Below are positions 38,851 through 50,487 of a stretch of DNA of 64,000 nucleotides, in pieces (position 1 is the first letter of the stretch; each line of letters begins with the position of its first letter). Made by a program: the position numbers and the translations under genes. The stretch is from Candidatus Limnocylindrales bacterium (GTDB lineage: Bacteria > Moduliflexota > Moduliflexia > Moduliflexales > JAUQPW01). The notes under the pieces are model-generated. The model was not told the DNA's origin and made no database searches. It was given only the letters and a program-made list of their open reading frames with translations. The DNA lies in NCBI GenBank assembly GCA_035559535.1, contig DATMBG010000051.1, forward strand, positions 310,001 to 374,000, in the 5' to 3' direction.

Positions 38851-39858
38851 GTGATCATAATGACCCCATCCTTTCGGTATCTTTTAGGGGTAGTTTTATG
38901 GGGGTTTATAATTATATGTCCTGTATTTGGAGAGGTTTATAGATGGAAGGATGCAAATGGTAAATATGTTTATACAACTACCTTGCCTACAGGTCGGGTA
39001 GAAAATGTGGAAGTCAAAAGAGGAGATAACTGGCTTCCTTATCAAGCTGAGTTAGTTTCTTCAGAATATAGGCCTAATCGGACGGTTATTGGTTTTGAAC
39101 GTCGTGGCTCGGCGATTCTCATTGAGGTTTTATTAAATAATCAATTGACCAAAAAGTTTATTGTAGATACGGGAGCGACCTACACGGTTATTTCTTCTGC
39201 CACGGCCAGAGAGTTAGGTATAACCCCTTCCCCTTCTACAGTAAAGACAACCTTACAGACGGCTAATGGCAAAGTGACCGTACCTCTTATTAAAGTTAAC
39301 TCAATCAAGGTAGGAGAGTTAGAAGTTCGCAATGTCGAAACGGCTCTTCATGATGGGTTAGATCCTTCAAACGAGGTCGACGGGCTTTTAGGATTAAGTT
39401 TTTTGAATAAATTTCGGGTCACAGTGGATTCTTCCCAGGGGCATTTAATCCTGGAAAGGAATTCAGACCGTTCACCGGAAAGTATTACAGGGAGCGAGGA
39501 AGATTGTGTTACGGCCAGAGAAATGATTCAAAAGGGGCGAACCCTCAACAACGGTTCCGATGAAGAAGCTTCTTTTTATAAAAAAGCCCTTGAACTTTGC
39601 AAACAGGCGGTTGAAGCCCATTATTATCTCGGGGTTGTTTATTTCAAGCAAAAAAAATACCCCAGTGCCCTTATCGAGGCACAGGAGCTTTTGAAAACCA
39701 ATTCCTATTTACCGGAAGCTCGCTATATGCTGGCCGTTATTTATACCGCTCAGGGAAATTACCAACAGGCTGAAATCGAATTAAGACGAGTCTTGGAATT
39801 AGATCCTAACCATGAAAATGCCAGGAATCTGCTGGGTCAAATCCTCGTGCATAAATAA
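38851..39858 (+). CDS. Retropepsin-like aspartyl protease with N-terminal DUF4124-like and C-terminal TPR domains
   Basis: VYRWKDANG, FIVDTGATYT, TANG, GLLGLSFL, TPRs. Confidence 0.9.
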   Translation: MIIMTPSFRYLLGVVLWGFIIICPVFGEVYRWKDANGKYVYTTTLPTGRVENVEVKRGDNWLPYQAELVSSEYRPNRTVIGFERRGSAILIEVLLNNQLTKKFIVDTGATYTVISSATARELGITPSPSTVKTTLQTANGKVTVPLIKVNSIKVGELEVRNVETALHDGLDPSNEVDGLLGLSFLNKFRVTVDSSQGHLILERNSDRSPESITGSEEDCVTAREMIQKGRTLNNGSDEEASFYKKALELCKQAVEAHYYLGVVYFKQKKYPSALIEAQELLKTNSYLPEARYMLAVIYTAQGNYQQAEIELRRVLELDPNHENARNLLGQILVHK

Positions 39859-40009
39859 AGTGTGAGAGCCCAGGGTACGGGAGAAAAGCACTCTGTTTCC
39901 TAATTTTTAATTTCCCTACACCCACATTCCCTGGCTCCCCCCCTTCCCCTTCCTGTCTGACCCATCGAGATCGTAGCGTCTAAAGCACGCTATCCTCACA
40001 TATCCATTT

Positions 40010-41164
40010 TTATTCCCTCAGCAGGTTTTCCGCGATAATCACCCGTTGAATCTGATTGGTACCTTCATAGATCTGGGTAATTTTAGCATCTCGCATTAAT
40101 CGTTCCACCGGGTACTCTCGACTATACCCATAACCCCCAAAAATCTGAACCGCATCGATAGTTACTTCCATAGCTATATCTGAGGCAAAGCACTTAGCCA
40201 TCGAAGCCTCCACGGTAGCTCGACCCTGACGGGCATCAATGGCCTGGGCTGAATTGTAAACCATCAGCCGGGCTGCATGGATCTTCATGGCCATATCTGC
40301 CAACATAAATTGAATTCCCTGGAACTGTCCAATAGGCTGTCCAAATTGTTTTCGTTCCTTACTGTACTTTAAAGCCAAATCAAAGGCAGCCTGGGCAATT
40401 CCAACCGCCTGGGCTCCTACACTGGGCCGGGTCATATCCAGGGTTTTCATGGCCACCTTAAACCCTTCTCCTTCCGAGCCTAGCATTTCATCCTTATGGA
40501 CCCGACAGTTTTCAAAATGGAGAGCTACTGTAGAAGAACCCCGAATTCCCAGTTTTAACTCTTTCTTCCCCACCCGAAATCCCGGGGTTTTACTGTCCAC
40601 AATAAAAGCACTAATTCCTTTGGCTCCCTTGGTTTTATCGGTCTTAGCAAAGACAATGACGTAATCGGCTATATCCCCATTGGTGATCCACTGTTTCTGG
40701 CCGTTCAGCACATAGTAATCTCCCTCCCGGTCTGCCGTAGTTTGCATGCTGGCCACATCAGAACCCGAATTAGGTTCGCTTAAGGCAAATGCGAAAATCT
40801 TCTCACCGGTAGCCGATTTCGGCAGGTATTTCCGTTTTTGCTCTTCATTTCCGTCTAAAATGATGGGATAGGTTCCCAGAGATTGATCAGCTATAAACGT
40901 GCCCGTAGCCGCACACGCCCTGGAGATCTCTTCAACCACAATGGCAAAAGCCAGCCGGGACATACCGGTTCCGCCATACTCCGGCGGGATATACATACCA
41001 AACAACCCGTGCTCTGCCATCACACGGATATTTTCCGGCGGTATTTGCTCTTTCTCATCGGCTTCCCGAGCTCTCGGTGCAATTTCACTTTGGGCCAGCT
41101 TCCGAACCATTTCTTGAATCATTCTTTCATCCTCACTGAGGGGATAATACATCATACCATCCAT
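40010..41164 (-). CDS. Acyl-CoA dehydrogenase
   Basis: [41 protein letters not shown]. Confidence 0.96.
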   Translation of the reverse strand: MDGMMYYPLSEDERMIQEMVRKLAQSEIAPRAREADEKEQIPPENIRVMAEHGLFGMYIPPEYGGTGMSRLAFAIVVEEISRACAATGTFIADQSLGTYPIILDGNEEQKRKYLPKSATGEKIFAFALSEPNSGSDVASMQTTADREGDYYVLNGQKQWITNGDIADYVIVFAKTDKTKGAKGISAFIVDSKTPGFRVGKKELKLGIRGSSTVALHFENCRVHKDEMLGSEGEGFKVAMKTLDMTRPSVGAQAVGIAQAAFDLALKYSKERKQFGQPIGQFQGIQFMLADMAMKIHAARLMVYNSAQAIDARQGRATVEASMAKCFASDIAMEVTIDAVQIFGGYGYSREYPVERLMRDAKITQIYEGTNQIQRVIIAENLLRE

Positions 41165-41199
41165 TGTCCGTTGTTAATCATAGGGCTTCGCGCCTATAA

Positions 41200-43191
41200 C
41201 TAACAATGGGCCTTTAATAATTTTTGTCGGATTTGTTCGAATTCCTCTAATACCTGCGGGTTTGCTAAGGCAGTCAGGTTAGAAACCGTTTTACCTGCCA
41301 GTATGGCTTTCACACTAAGTTCTACAGTTTTACCACTTCGTGTGATGGGAACTTCTGAAATTTGAAAAATATACCGGGGAACATGCCGGGGGGAACATTT
41401 TTCTCGGATGGTTCGACGGATCTCCTGCTCTATGGAAGCATTTAAGGTTTGTCCACCGGATAAAACTACACAAAGAACCATGACTTCATCGGACTGATCG
41501 GGAGGTTTCCATCCAACCACTACAGATCCCTTGATAAAATCCAGAGGATCTAAAGCTGAATAAATCTCAGCACTCCCGATTCGAACCCCCCCCGGATTTA
41601 AGGTGGCATCACTACGGCCGTATACGATAACCCCGCCACCCGGCATAAATTGCACATAATCTCCGTGACGCCAGAGTCCAGGATAGAAATCAAAATAGGC
41701 TTTATAATAACGCTGCCCATCGGGATCATTGAGAAAACCCAGAGGCATCGAGGGAAGAGGTTTACGACAAACCAGTTCCCCGGGCTCTCCCACCACAACT
41801 TCCCCCTTTTCATTCAATGCCACAACATCCACACCCAATCCTTTGCACTGGATTTCGCCTGCAATAACCGGTAGGTTGGGATTCCCCAGAATGAAACAGG
41901 AGATTATATCCGTACCTCCGCAGATTCCTGCCAGATGAACTTCCTTTTTTACAACCTGATAAACCCACCGAAATCCATTGGGGGAAAGGGGAGATCCTGT
42001 ATAAAGAACAGTACGCAGAGAAGGCATTTCTCCCAAGCTTCTGGGTTCTATAGGAGGTTGACTTTTCATGCAACTCTCTATATAACGACCGCTCGTGCCC
42101 AGATGGGTGACACCCAGTTGGTCTGCTACACGCCACAGGGTAGCCGGTTCGGGATAAGCTGGATTACCATCGTAGAGACACAGTCTGGCACCCAGGGATA
42201 ACGCACTTAACTGCCAGTTCCACATCATCCATCCACAGGTCGTAAAGTAAAGTAAGGAATCCCCCGGACCTATATTGCTATGGAGCTCTAACTCCTTTCT
42301 ATGTTGAAGTAAAGTCCCACCGGTTCCATGAACTATGCATTTGGGAGCTCCTGTGGTTCCAGAAGAAAACAGGATATAGAGCGGATGATCAAAAGGGACC
42401 TGGGTAAAAGTTAATTCAGGGGCATCGGTTGGCCCCAGAAACTCCTCCCAGGTCATGTCGCCCGATACGGGGGCTTCTCCCACCGGATAGGGAATCGATA
42501 CGATGGTCTGAACCGAAGGGAGTCGGTGAGGCAGTTCCCTGACGATCTTATCCGTGTAATAGGTCTTACCGCCATACCGATAGTGGGTAGACGCAAAAAT
42601 AAGCTTCGGTTCGACTTGTTGGAAACGATCACAGAGAGCTTCCAACCCAAAGTCTGGAGAAGCACTACTCCAACTGGCACCGATACTTGCACAGGCCAGA
42701 CAGGCAATGATTGCTTCCGGCACATTGGCCACATAACCGGCAACCCTATCCCCCGGCTTAATTCCGGCTTTCCGAAGTCCCCGGGCACATCGAGCCACCA
42801 GGGTCCTCAATTCGGAATAGCTGTATTCACCAGAATAAGAACCCTTGACCCTTGAGGCGTCTGGAGGTTTCTCAATATAATAAACAATGGCAGGACCCTG
42901 AAAGTCCCTGGCCAAGATATTCTCGGCAAAGTTTAATTCCATCCCGGAAAACCAACGGGCACCCAGCATTTGGTGGGTATTCAAGACCTGATCGTGGGGT
43001 TTGCTATATCGAACGTCTGTAAATTCCAGGTAAGATTCCCAAAATGCTTCAATATTTTCTATACTCCATTGATGAAGAGAGCCATAATCCGGAAAAGTTC
43101 TCCCGATTTTACGACCCAGCCATTCTGTAAAGGCCGTCATTCTCGTTGTTTTTATAAATTCCTCGGAAGGTTTCCAGAGAATTTCTTCCAT
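41200..43191 (-). CDS. Acetoacetate--CoA ligase
   Basis: LWKPS, FSSGTTGAPKCIVH, TTCGWMMWNW, GGTDI, GRSDATLNPGGVRIG. Confidence 0.94.
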   Translation of the reverse strand: MEEILWKPSEEFIKTTRMTAFTEWLGRKIGRTFPDYGSLHQWSIENIEAFWESYLEFTDVRYSKPHDQVLNTHQMLGARWFSGMELNFAENILARDFQGPAIVYYIEKPPDASRVKGSYSGEYSYSELRTLVARCARGLRKAGIKPGDRVAGYVANVPEAIIACLACASIGASWSSASPDFGLEALCDRFQQVEPKLIFASTHYRYGGKTYYTDKIVRELPHRLPSVQTIVSIPYPVGEAPVSGDMTWEEFLGPTDAPELTFTQVPFDHPLYILFSSGTTGAPKCIVHGTGGTLLQHRKELELHSNIGPGDSLLYFTTCGWMMWNWQLSALSLGARLCLYDGNPAYPEPATLWRVADQLGVTHLGTSGRYIESCMKSQPPIEPRSLGEMPSLRTVLYTGSPLSPNGFRWVYQVVKKEVHLAGICGGTDIISCFILGNPNLPVIAGEIQCKGLGVDVVALNEKGEVVVGEPGELVCRKPLPSMPLGFLNDPDGQRYYKAYFDFYPGLWRHGDYVQFMPGGGVIVYGRSDATLNPGGVRIGSAEIYSALDPLDFIKGSVVVGWKPPDQSDEVMVLCVVLSGGQTLNASIEQEIRRTIREKCSPRHVPRYIFQISEVPITRSGKTVELSVKAILAGKTVSNLTALANPQVLEEFEQIRQKLLKAHC

Positions 43192-43815
43192 AACTTAACT
43201 CCTTAGGTTGTTTTTTCTCTTTTCCTTATTCCAGAAGCAAACCACTAAAGCCAGGCAACCCTTTCAGAATCTGGCTTTTTACCTTCTTCTGTCGGCGAGC
43301 TATCTCTATACCCCTCTATGGCGAACGCAGATAGAAATTTGGGATTATTTTTTCAATTATGCCGGAACAAGGATTCAGAGAACGAGCGTACCGCGGGCCT
43401 CTGCTTTGTCCAACCAACTGCGGAGGATTAAATGCCCCATGGAGTTATCAATATAATAAAATAAAATCCGGGTAATTAGCAAGCAGATTAACGGTTTAAA
43501 TCCTCTCTACCGGTAGTCCTACTTAGGGGGGGATCGGTGAGGACTTATTTCTGAGTTGCTCCCTACACTACAAAGGAACGGGGTGGATATGTCTAATCCA
43601 AATCTTTCCCCTTACAGGCTACTTCCTGTCTTTAAGAAGGTGATATATGGGTTACAGAGCCGGTTTCGCAGGAGTACCGGATCATGGATAGAAAAAGTCA
43701 AGGGTTCGTAGGCAGAATTAAAAATTTCCATTTAATGATAGCTTCTTACTCCCCCACAACCCCAACGGATTTATTCCTGTACCTGCATCCTGAAAGCGAG
43801 CACTGGCGTGAAGTT

Positions 43816-44772
43816 TTATTTTCTCTCCTCTACCTTTTTCTCTAAAAAATCTACCACCTTTTCTTCCAACCTGACATGATTAAAGGCATTAATCTCCGGA
43901 ATTCCGGCTGGACTGGTCACATTGATTTCGGTCACCTTATTTCCAATAACATCAATCCCTACAAAGTATAATCCATCTTGCCGAAACCTTTCAGATAATA
44001 CCGAACAAATCTGCCGATCTGTATCCGTTAGATCTGCTTTAACGGCTTTTCCTCCTACGTGCATGTTGGCCCGGAAGTCTTCTTCAGGTGGGAGTCGAAG
44101 AAACGCTCCAATTGGCTCTCCATCCAGTATTAAAATTCGTTTATCCCCTTGTCGGGATTCCGGCAGGTACCTCTGGGCTACGATGTACTCTCGCCCGTTT
44201 TGGGTCGAGACTTCCAGGATGGCATTGAGATTCTTGTCTCCTTCACGAAGATACAAAACCCCATGCCCTCCCCGCTCATTGAGAGGTTTAATGACCATCT
44301 CTCCCCCGACCTCTTTGAGGAAAGCTTTAAGCCGTAAGGGATTTTTAGAAACACAAGTCTCCGGCGTAATATCCGGAAAATTGAGTGCATAAAGCTTCTC
44401 GTTGGCCCCTCGAATTCCCTGAGGATCGTTGATCAAAAAGGTTTTACCGCCCGTTAAACTCAAAATATAAGTGGCATAGATATAATCCATATTAAAGGGG
44501 GGTTCCTTCCGATTAAAAACCACATCTAACCAACTGAGCGGTCTTTTCTCTTTGGCTCCCTCAGGGATAACTTCAAATAGAGGGCTTACTTTGACTTGCT
44601 GTAATTCGGCCATGGCCACGCCTCGATAAACCAGTAAATCCTCCAAGTGAATATAAAAAATTCGATGACCTCGCCGCTGACACTCCATAAGAATGGAGAA
44701 ACTGGTATCTTCCTCCGGCGTTAAAGCTTCCACAGGATCCATGATAAAACCAATTTTGAAACCTCGGTTCAT
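43816..44772 (-). CDS. gshB: Glutathione synthetase
   Basis: FIMDP, RKEPPF..YIYAT, ANEKL, GDKRI, FRANMHVGG, GIDVIG..VTEINVTSP. Confidence 0.93.
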   Translation of the reverse strand: MNRGFKIGFIMDPVEALTPEEDTSFSILMECQRRGHRIFYIHLEDLLVYRGVAMAELQQVKVSPLFEVIPEGAKEKRPLSWLDVVFNRKEPPFNMDYIYATYILSLTGGKTFLINDPQGIRGANEKLYALNFPDITPETCVSKNPLRLKAFLKEVGGEMVIKPLNERGGHGVLYLREGDKNLNAILEVSTQNGREYIVAQRYLPESRQGDKRILILDGEPIGAFLRLPPEEDFRANMHVGGKAVKADLTDTDRQICSVLSERFRQDGLYFVGIDVIGNKVTEINVTSPAGIPEINAFNHVRLEEKVVDFLEKKVEERK

Positions 44773-44825
44773 ACCTCCTACTCTCCGGATCCGGTTCTTC
44801 GATCTGTTACCCCCCCCCGTTTTAA

Positions 44826-45872
44826 TTACTTAGTTGCCAGGAAGTTGGGATCCAGGGCTTCCATACTCTCAAAGGTCTTAGCCACTGAAAGCAGCTCTAT
44901 GGGAATTTCTATACCCAGTTTTTTGGCTTTCGCCAGGTTCAGGAGGATATCTCCTGTTTTAGGATCTAAAATGGGGAGTGTGTTGGGTTTCTCGCCCCCC
45001 AATATACGAAGCGCATATTTACCGGCTTCGAGTCCCTGGACGCGCCCAGAGACGGTCACCGCGGCCAGCATGCCATATTGAGGACCCCAGTCGAAAACGT
45101 TCAGATCTGGAAGTTGATTATGCTCAATAAACCATTTAACAACTTGTTTAACGGGCACCACCTTACCATTTTCATCCTTGAAGGTATGTAAGTTATAGAT
45201 TAAAAGACCACTTACAGCCTGAGGCTGACCCGGTTGATAGGATTGGACAAGGGTTTGGAACTCTTGAAAGCTTCCAATTTCATGGTAAGCCACAATGTCT
45301 ATCCCGGTAGATTCCTTAATTTTAGGGGCCAGGCCTTTTAACCTTTCCACGGCAGCCCCCGAGGTCTCTTTGGTATCATCGGTAATAACGGCAAGGGTTT
45401 TTGCCGTAGGAACCAGGTCTTTTAAAAGCTTAATCACCTGATCAAAGGGATGCCTTTCCAAAATAACAGCCACATTTTCTCCATATTGGTATTTCTTAGG
45501 ATCTTCATTGATGCCACAAACGACAACCGGGATGTCTTTAATTTGCTGGATCACATATTCCGAGGCATTATCATCCAGAGCGATAATGAGGTCCGGTTGA
45601 TAGGCTTTTATGGCGTCTAGTGCTTTTTTACCGGCCTCTTGTTTAAATTCTGGAGAAGGATTCCGCTTCGTATCCATAAAGTGAACTTTGATTTCGATGT
45701 CCTTCTGATCTTTGAAAGCCGTCTGAACCCCTTCCTGTTCCGACATATTCCAGGCATACGTGGCATCATAGCTATCTAAAAGAAAGATTTTCTTTGTGGC
45801 GGCTTCCACAACATTTAATACAAGGGAAATGCCTAAAATTATCCCTATCAGGAAAATTTTTAAGGTTCTCAT
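44826..45872 (-). CDS. ABC-type substrate-binding protein
   Basis: Signal peptide; LLDSY, MDTKR, PDLIIALDDNA, QG..AG..ALRIL.G, NL..AKKLGI.IP. Confidence 0.85.
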   Translation of the reverse strand: MRTLKIFLIGIILGISLVLNVVEAATKKIFLLDSYDATYAWNMSEQEGVQTAFKDQKDIEIKVHFMDTKRNPSPEFKQEAGKKALDAIKAYQPDLIIALDDNASEYVIQQIKDIPVVVCGINEDPKKYQYGENVAVILERHPFDQVIKLLKDLVPTAKTLAVITDDTKETSGAAVERLKGLAPKIKESTGIDIVAYHEIGSFQEFQTLVQSYQPGQPQAVSGLLIYNLHTFKDENGKVVPVKQVVKWFIEHNQLPDLNVFDWGPQYGMLAAVTVSGRVQGLEAGKYALRILGGEKPNTLPILDPKTGDILLNLAKAKKLGIEIPIELLSVAKTFESMEALDPNFLATK

Positions 45873-46566
45873 AACATTTTCCTTGTGATTTTAGGGCCAA
45901 ATAGTAATAACACCATATCTCACTTCGATACCCTTCAATCAGATCAAGGCAGTGGATAAGTTCAGGTTAAAAACCGGATAACCCGGCCATAGTTTGAACA
46001 GAAACTTTAAGGAAAAGCCAGGTGAGAATCCAGGATTGGTAACCTGTTCAGGTAATGAAAATCCCGATCATAAAGCTTATTCTCTCCCAGTCAGGGCTTA
46101 TTCAACGCCTTTATTTCCGGAACCATTATGATCTGAGACTTTTGCCTTGTCAAGATACTTTTAAACCAACTTTTGCAAAGTTCAATTAAATAAATTGAGA
46201 GGACTTAAGGAAAGAGTTTCAACCTGCCGACGAGAGGGAAAAGGTCAGGCGCTATGAGATAAAGAGACTCTCACAGGCCGGTATTTGCTTGACAGATTCC
46301 TATAAATCTAGAATACTACCCTTTGTAGGAACCCGCAGCCTGTGGCTTCTACGATTTGTGGAGATGTAAAACATTCTCAGCCAGACGAAAGAGTGTCCAA
46401 CAAATTGTAATCCAAAGCGGTCTTCCGCTAAGGATGCTTCCATACGACTGTGGAGCTTTTTTCCAGCATATTTTTTCCTTGAAGTTGTTAGAAGAGTTAT
46501 AGTACGAAACACCGTTTTATAAAATGAAGTGATGATTCGTACCATACTCACTAACTATAAAAAATT

Positions 46567-47526
46567 ATGAAAGTCAAGATGATGGGATATCTTTTTTTTA
46601 TTTTTTTAGAGGCAGTCGGATTTTCCATTCTACCGACCGGGGTTTTGGCCGGAGATCTCAAACTGATGACCGGTCCTCAAGGGGGATCCTGGTATCCTCT
46701 GGGCGGAGCCATAGCAGAACTGTTACAGAAGGCCCTACCCGGAGTTAATGTATCGGTTCTTCCGGGGGGTGGTATCACCAATATCAAGGCCGTTGAAGAG
46801 GGAAAGGTTCAAATAGCCCTGAGTAACTTCGTCTCAGCCGTGGATGCCATAGAAGGGAGAGAGCCTTTTAACAAAAAGGCCGGAAAAGTCCGGAATCTGT
46901 TGTTCCTCTATCCCCAATATTTTCAGGTAACGGTTCTGGAGGATGCCGGTATTCAGACTCCGGCAGATTTAAAGGGAAAAGCCATCGCTCCTGGGATTAA
47001 AGGTCATACCGGTGAACAGTTTGCGCGACATCTGCTTCAAGTTTACGGACTCTCCTATGGAGATATGTCCAAAGTCCAGTATGTTTCCTACGCCGATGCT
47101 GTGAATCTCATGAAAGACGGACATCTTCATGCCTTTTTGGCCCTCACAACCGTGCCTGCCTCCTCCATTATAGACCTTTCTACCGATCGTAAAATCCGCC
47201 TGTTGAGCTTGACAGAAGATAAACTCAATGCCTTGCAAGCGATTAACTCAGGCTACGTCAAGCGGATTATCCCAAAGGGAACTTATCCTGGGATAGATTA
47301 TGATGTTACAACGTTTGGAACTTTTACCCATCTTATTGTAACCTCCGACCTTCCTGAGGATCTTGTTTATCAGATGACGAAGGTTTTGGTGGAAAATGTG
47401 ACCACCCTGAGCGAAGTGGTTAAGGATATTCAGGGGATCACGCCTAAAGAGATGGCTATAGATTCGGGTGTGGTTCCTTATCATCCTGGAGCTTTAAGAT
47501 ATTTTAAAGAGATAGGAGTGAAATGA
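46567..47526 (+). CDS. TAXI-family TRAP transporter solute-binding subunit
   Basis: TGPQGGSWYPLGG, DLKGK, PYHPGALRYF. Confidence 0.93.
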   Translation: MKVKMMGYLFFIFLEAVGFSILPTGVLAGDLKLMTGPQGGSWYPLGGAIAELLQKALPGVNVSVLPGGGITNIKAVEEGKVQIALSNFVSAVDAIEGREPFNKKAGKVRNLLFLYPQYFQVTVLEDAGIQTPADLKGKAIAPGIKGHTGEQFARHLLQVYGLSYGDMSKVQYVSYADAVNLMKDGHLHAFLALTTVPASSIIDLSTDRKIRLLSLTEDKLNALQAINSGYVKRIIPKGTYPGIDYDVTTFGTFTHLIVTSDLPEDLVYQMTKVLVENVTTLSEVVKDIQGITPKEMAIDSGVVPYHPGALRYFKEIGVK

Positions 47527-49460
47527 TGAAAAAAATCGTCTTTTATTTGCCTAAGGTTGTAACGCTTCTGGCCCTTGCCATGTCAGGTTATCATATCTAC
47601 GCAGCCGCCCGAGGAACCCCTGAACCTCTTATTCATAGAGGAATTCACCTGGCTTTTACCCTGACCCTGATCTTTCTGTTCTATCCTTTCAAAAAAGCCC
47701 GGCCATTGAGGGAGGTCATCGATGAAGCAGCACCCGTCCCGGTTGAGGAAATCAGGCCCGGGCTTATAGATCTCCTGGCTTTAGTTTTGAGTCTGTTCAG
47801 TATAGGTTACCTGTTTGTAAATTATTCCTATGTAACGGAACGTTATGCCTATGTAGACCCCCTGCGAGCTCTGGATTATGTTTTTGGAATTACCCTCCTG
47901 GTCCTGGTTCTGGAGGGTGCTCGGCGAACGGTAGGTCCCGCGTTACCTTTAACGGCCCTTACTTTCCTGGTTTATGCTGTCATTGGCAATCACCTTCCCG
48001 GTTTACTCAGACACTCCGGTTTTTCCCTCGAAATGATTATAGATCAGCTTTATTTAACCACCGAGGGGATTTTTGGTATCCCTCTGGCCGTTTCAGCCTC
48101 TTATGTGATCCTCTTTGTGATCTTTGGAGCTTTTTTAGAAAAATCCGGGACCGGGCAACTCTTTATGGATGTTGCCTCAGCTCTGACGGGAAGCAGCCGG
48201 GGAGGCCCTGGCAAGATCTCGTGCATTTCCAGCGGATTATTTGGAACCATCTCCGGGAGCGCCGTGGCCAATGTGATGGTGGATGGGTGGTTTACCATTC
48301 CTCTCATGAAGCGAACCGGATTTAAGCCTCACTTTGCCGCTGCCATCGAAGCAACAGCTTCCACCGGAGGTCAGATTATGCCGCCCGTTATGGGGGCTGC
48401 TGCTTTTGTTATGGCCGAGTTTACCGGGATTCCTTACATTATCATTGCCAAACATGCCCTCATTCCAGCCCTTCTATACTACCTGGCCCTTTTTTGGACT
48501 ATCCACTATGAGGCGGTCAAAACCAATCTTCGAGGTCTCTCTAAGGAGGAACTCCCCAACCTCAAAAAAGTATTGCGCGCCCGAGGCCACCTCTTCCTGC
48601 CGATTATTCTCCTTATTTATCTCATGATATCTGGATATACAGCCCCTTATGCAGCTTTATGGGCTACGGTAGCCGTGGTCCTTGTAAGCTGGATCCGAAA
48701 GGAAACCCGTTTTGGCCTGCGGGATATTGGATTGGCTTTGAAGGAAGGAGCTAAAAATACTTTAAGTGTGGCAATTGCCTGCGCCTGCGCCGGAATTGTT
48801 ATCGGAGTCATTTCCTTAACGGGCTTGGGATTACGGTTTACCAGTCTGGTAATCACTTTAGCCAGTGATTCTTTAATTCCTGCCCTGGTTCTGACGATGT
48901 TGGCGGGAATTATCCTCGGAATGGGTATGCCGACCACCCCGGCCTATATTGTTCAGGCCGCCCTCTTGATTCCTGCTCTGATCAAACTGGGTGTTCTGCC
49001 CATTGCAGCCCACTTATTTGTTTTTTATTTTGCCATCCTTTCCGCGATTACGCCCCCTGTGGCTATGGCGGTTTATGCTGCTGCAGGGATCAGTGGAAGC
49101 AATTTGTGGAAGACCGGAATTGCTGCGATGAAAGCCGGTGCCACCGGGTTTATTGTTCCCTACATGTTCGTTTTCGGTCCTACCTTGCTGATGATTGGAA
49201 GTTGGAAGGAAATCTTGACGGCCTTGATGACTGCTATGCTGGGAGTTTTCTGCCTGGCAACCGGATTACAGGGGTGGTTTCTCAAAAAAACGACATTTTG
49301 GGAAAGAAGCTTTTTAATCGCTGCCGCCCTCTTACTCATTAAACCCGGTATCAAGACAGATCTGACAGGACTCATTTTACTAGGCGTAGTTTATGGACTT
49401 CAACGCCTAAGACCCGAGGGGGCAGAAACCCGGAGGCCCAAAGACACAGGAAACCCTTAA
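47523..49460 (+). CDS. Fused TRAP transporter permease (DctQM)
   Basis: EGIFGIP, GGPGK, SGSAVAN, STGGQIMPPVMGAAAF, GMPTT, ITPPVA. Confidence 0.95.
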   Translation: MMKKIVFYLPKVVTLLALAMSGYHIYAAARGTPEPLIHRGIHLAFTLTLIFLFYPFKKARPLREVIDEAAPVPVEEIRPGLIDLLALVLSLFSIGYLFVNYSYVTERYAYVDPLRALDYVFGITLLVLVLEGARRTVGPALPLTALTFLVYAVIGNHLPGLLRHSGFSLEMIIDQLYLTTEGIFGIPLAVSASYVILFVIFGAFLEKSGTGQLFMDVASALTGSSRGGPGKISCISSGLFGTISGSAVANVMVDGWFTIPLMKRTGFKPHFAAAIEATASTGGQIMPPVMGAAAFVMAEFTGIPYIIIAKHALIPALLYYLALFWTIHYEAVKTNLRGLSKEELPNLKKVLRARGHLFLPIILLIYLMISGYTAPYAALWATVAVVLVSWIRKETRFGLRDIGLALKEGAKNTLSVAIACACAGIVIGVISLTGLGLRFTSLVITLASDSLIPALVLTMLAGIILGMGMPTTPAYIVQAALLIPALIKLGVLPIAAHLFVFYFAILSAITPPVAMAVYAAAGISGSNLWKTGIAAMKAGATGFIVPYMFVFGPTLLMIGSWKEILTALMTAMLGVFCLATGLQGWFLKKTTFWERSFLIAAALLLIKPGIKTDLTGLILLGVVYGLQRLRPEGAETRRPKDTGNP

Positions 49461-49540
49461 CCTGTAAAGGTCTGCCGGGGAGACCCGATTAACTTCTTTA
49501 TCTTCCTGGGCCGGGTCTTTCGTTCTTTTTATCCCAAAAA

Positions 49541-49613
49541 TGGTCCCAACGGGAATCGAACCCGTGTTTTCGGCGTGAGAGGCCGATGTCCTAGGCCGCT
49601 AGACGATGGGACC
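49541..49613 (-). tRNA. tRNA-Glu (anticodon CTC), 3' CCA not encoded
   Basis: GGTCCCA/TGGGACC acceptor stem; TCGGC-CT-CTC-AC-GCCGA anticodon arm; GGTTCGATTCC T-loop. Confidence 0.97.
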
Positions 49614-49708
49614 CTGCTCGTGGGGTTACCTTTTAGCTTTCTTAATATAAGAAAAATTTGTTGAGGTTGTCAATTGGAAAGTGGGTCTAAAGGGAGAAAA
49701 CTTTTTTC

Positions 49709-49748
49709 TTGACAGGGCGGGCGAATCTGTTATATAGAACAAACGTTT
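49709..49748 (+). promoter_or_regulatory. Sigma-70 promoter of the XRE gene with adjoining GAAC-N4-GTTT site
   Basis: TTGACA-N16-TATATA with TGn extension; GAACAAACGTTT at 49737-49748. Confidence 0.6.
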
Positions 49749-49881
49749 ATAGAAGGTATCTCTTTGGTAAAAGGAAATAATGTTAATCAAGTACCAATAC
49801 CCCGTAGGGTGAAGTTGAGGAAGCTGGGAATCCGGGGTATGGAGGGGTATGAGGTCCAAAAGATAAACAGGGAGTAAGAAG

Positions 49882-50487
49882 ATGGAATTTCATGAATTTC
49901 TACTTTCAAGACGAAAAAAGTTGGGCCTTAGTAAAAAGGATTTAGCAATTAGGGCCGGAATTTCAGATGCCTACATTAAACACATTGAGGATGGAATGCG
50001 GATTCCCAAAGACATTCTAATCCTTTATAGCCTGGCCGATGCTCTCCAGGTGGATCGGGAGTGGTTTCGGGATTATGCGTACTTTCATCGGGACCCTAAA
50101 TCGGCGACGAAGTACATGGATGAAGCAGCCATTCTGGAAGGTGAACAGAAGGAAGGGCGCCATTATAATGCAGACTCTGACCCTACCACCAGACTTCCCC
50201 CTATAGATCGAGAAATTATCGAAGCCATTCAAAAGCTGAATGAGGGACAAAAAAACCGATTACTGGAGTATTTACGAACCCATCGTTCATTTGACGGCCT
50301 CATTTTTGAGGGAATGCGTTTTGATCGGCGAGATTTGCTTTATAAAATTGTTCAGAGGCTCATACGGATCGATAAGAATATTCAGACCAAAATGCTCCAC
50401 TATATTGCCGCTATGACCTATATCGAAACCCACGAAAATCAAAGTCCTTTCAAAGGATTGTTTGGAGAGGTCCTGGAAATGGAATAA
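49882..50487 (+). CDS. XRE-family HTH transcriptional regulator
   Basis: RKKLGLSKKDLAIRAGISDAYIKHIEDG.R.P; SD GGGAG. Confidence 0.9.
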   Translation: MEFHEFLLSRRKKLGLSKKDLAIRAGISDAYIKHIEDGMRIPKDILILYSLADALQVDREWFRDYAYFHRDPKSATKYMDEAAILEGEQKEGRHYNADSDPTTRLPPIDREIIEAIQKLNEGQKNRLLEYLRTHRSFDGLIFEGMRFDRRDLLYKIVQRLIRIDKNIQTKMLHYIAAMTYIETHENQSPFKGLFGEVLEME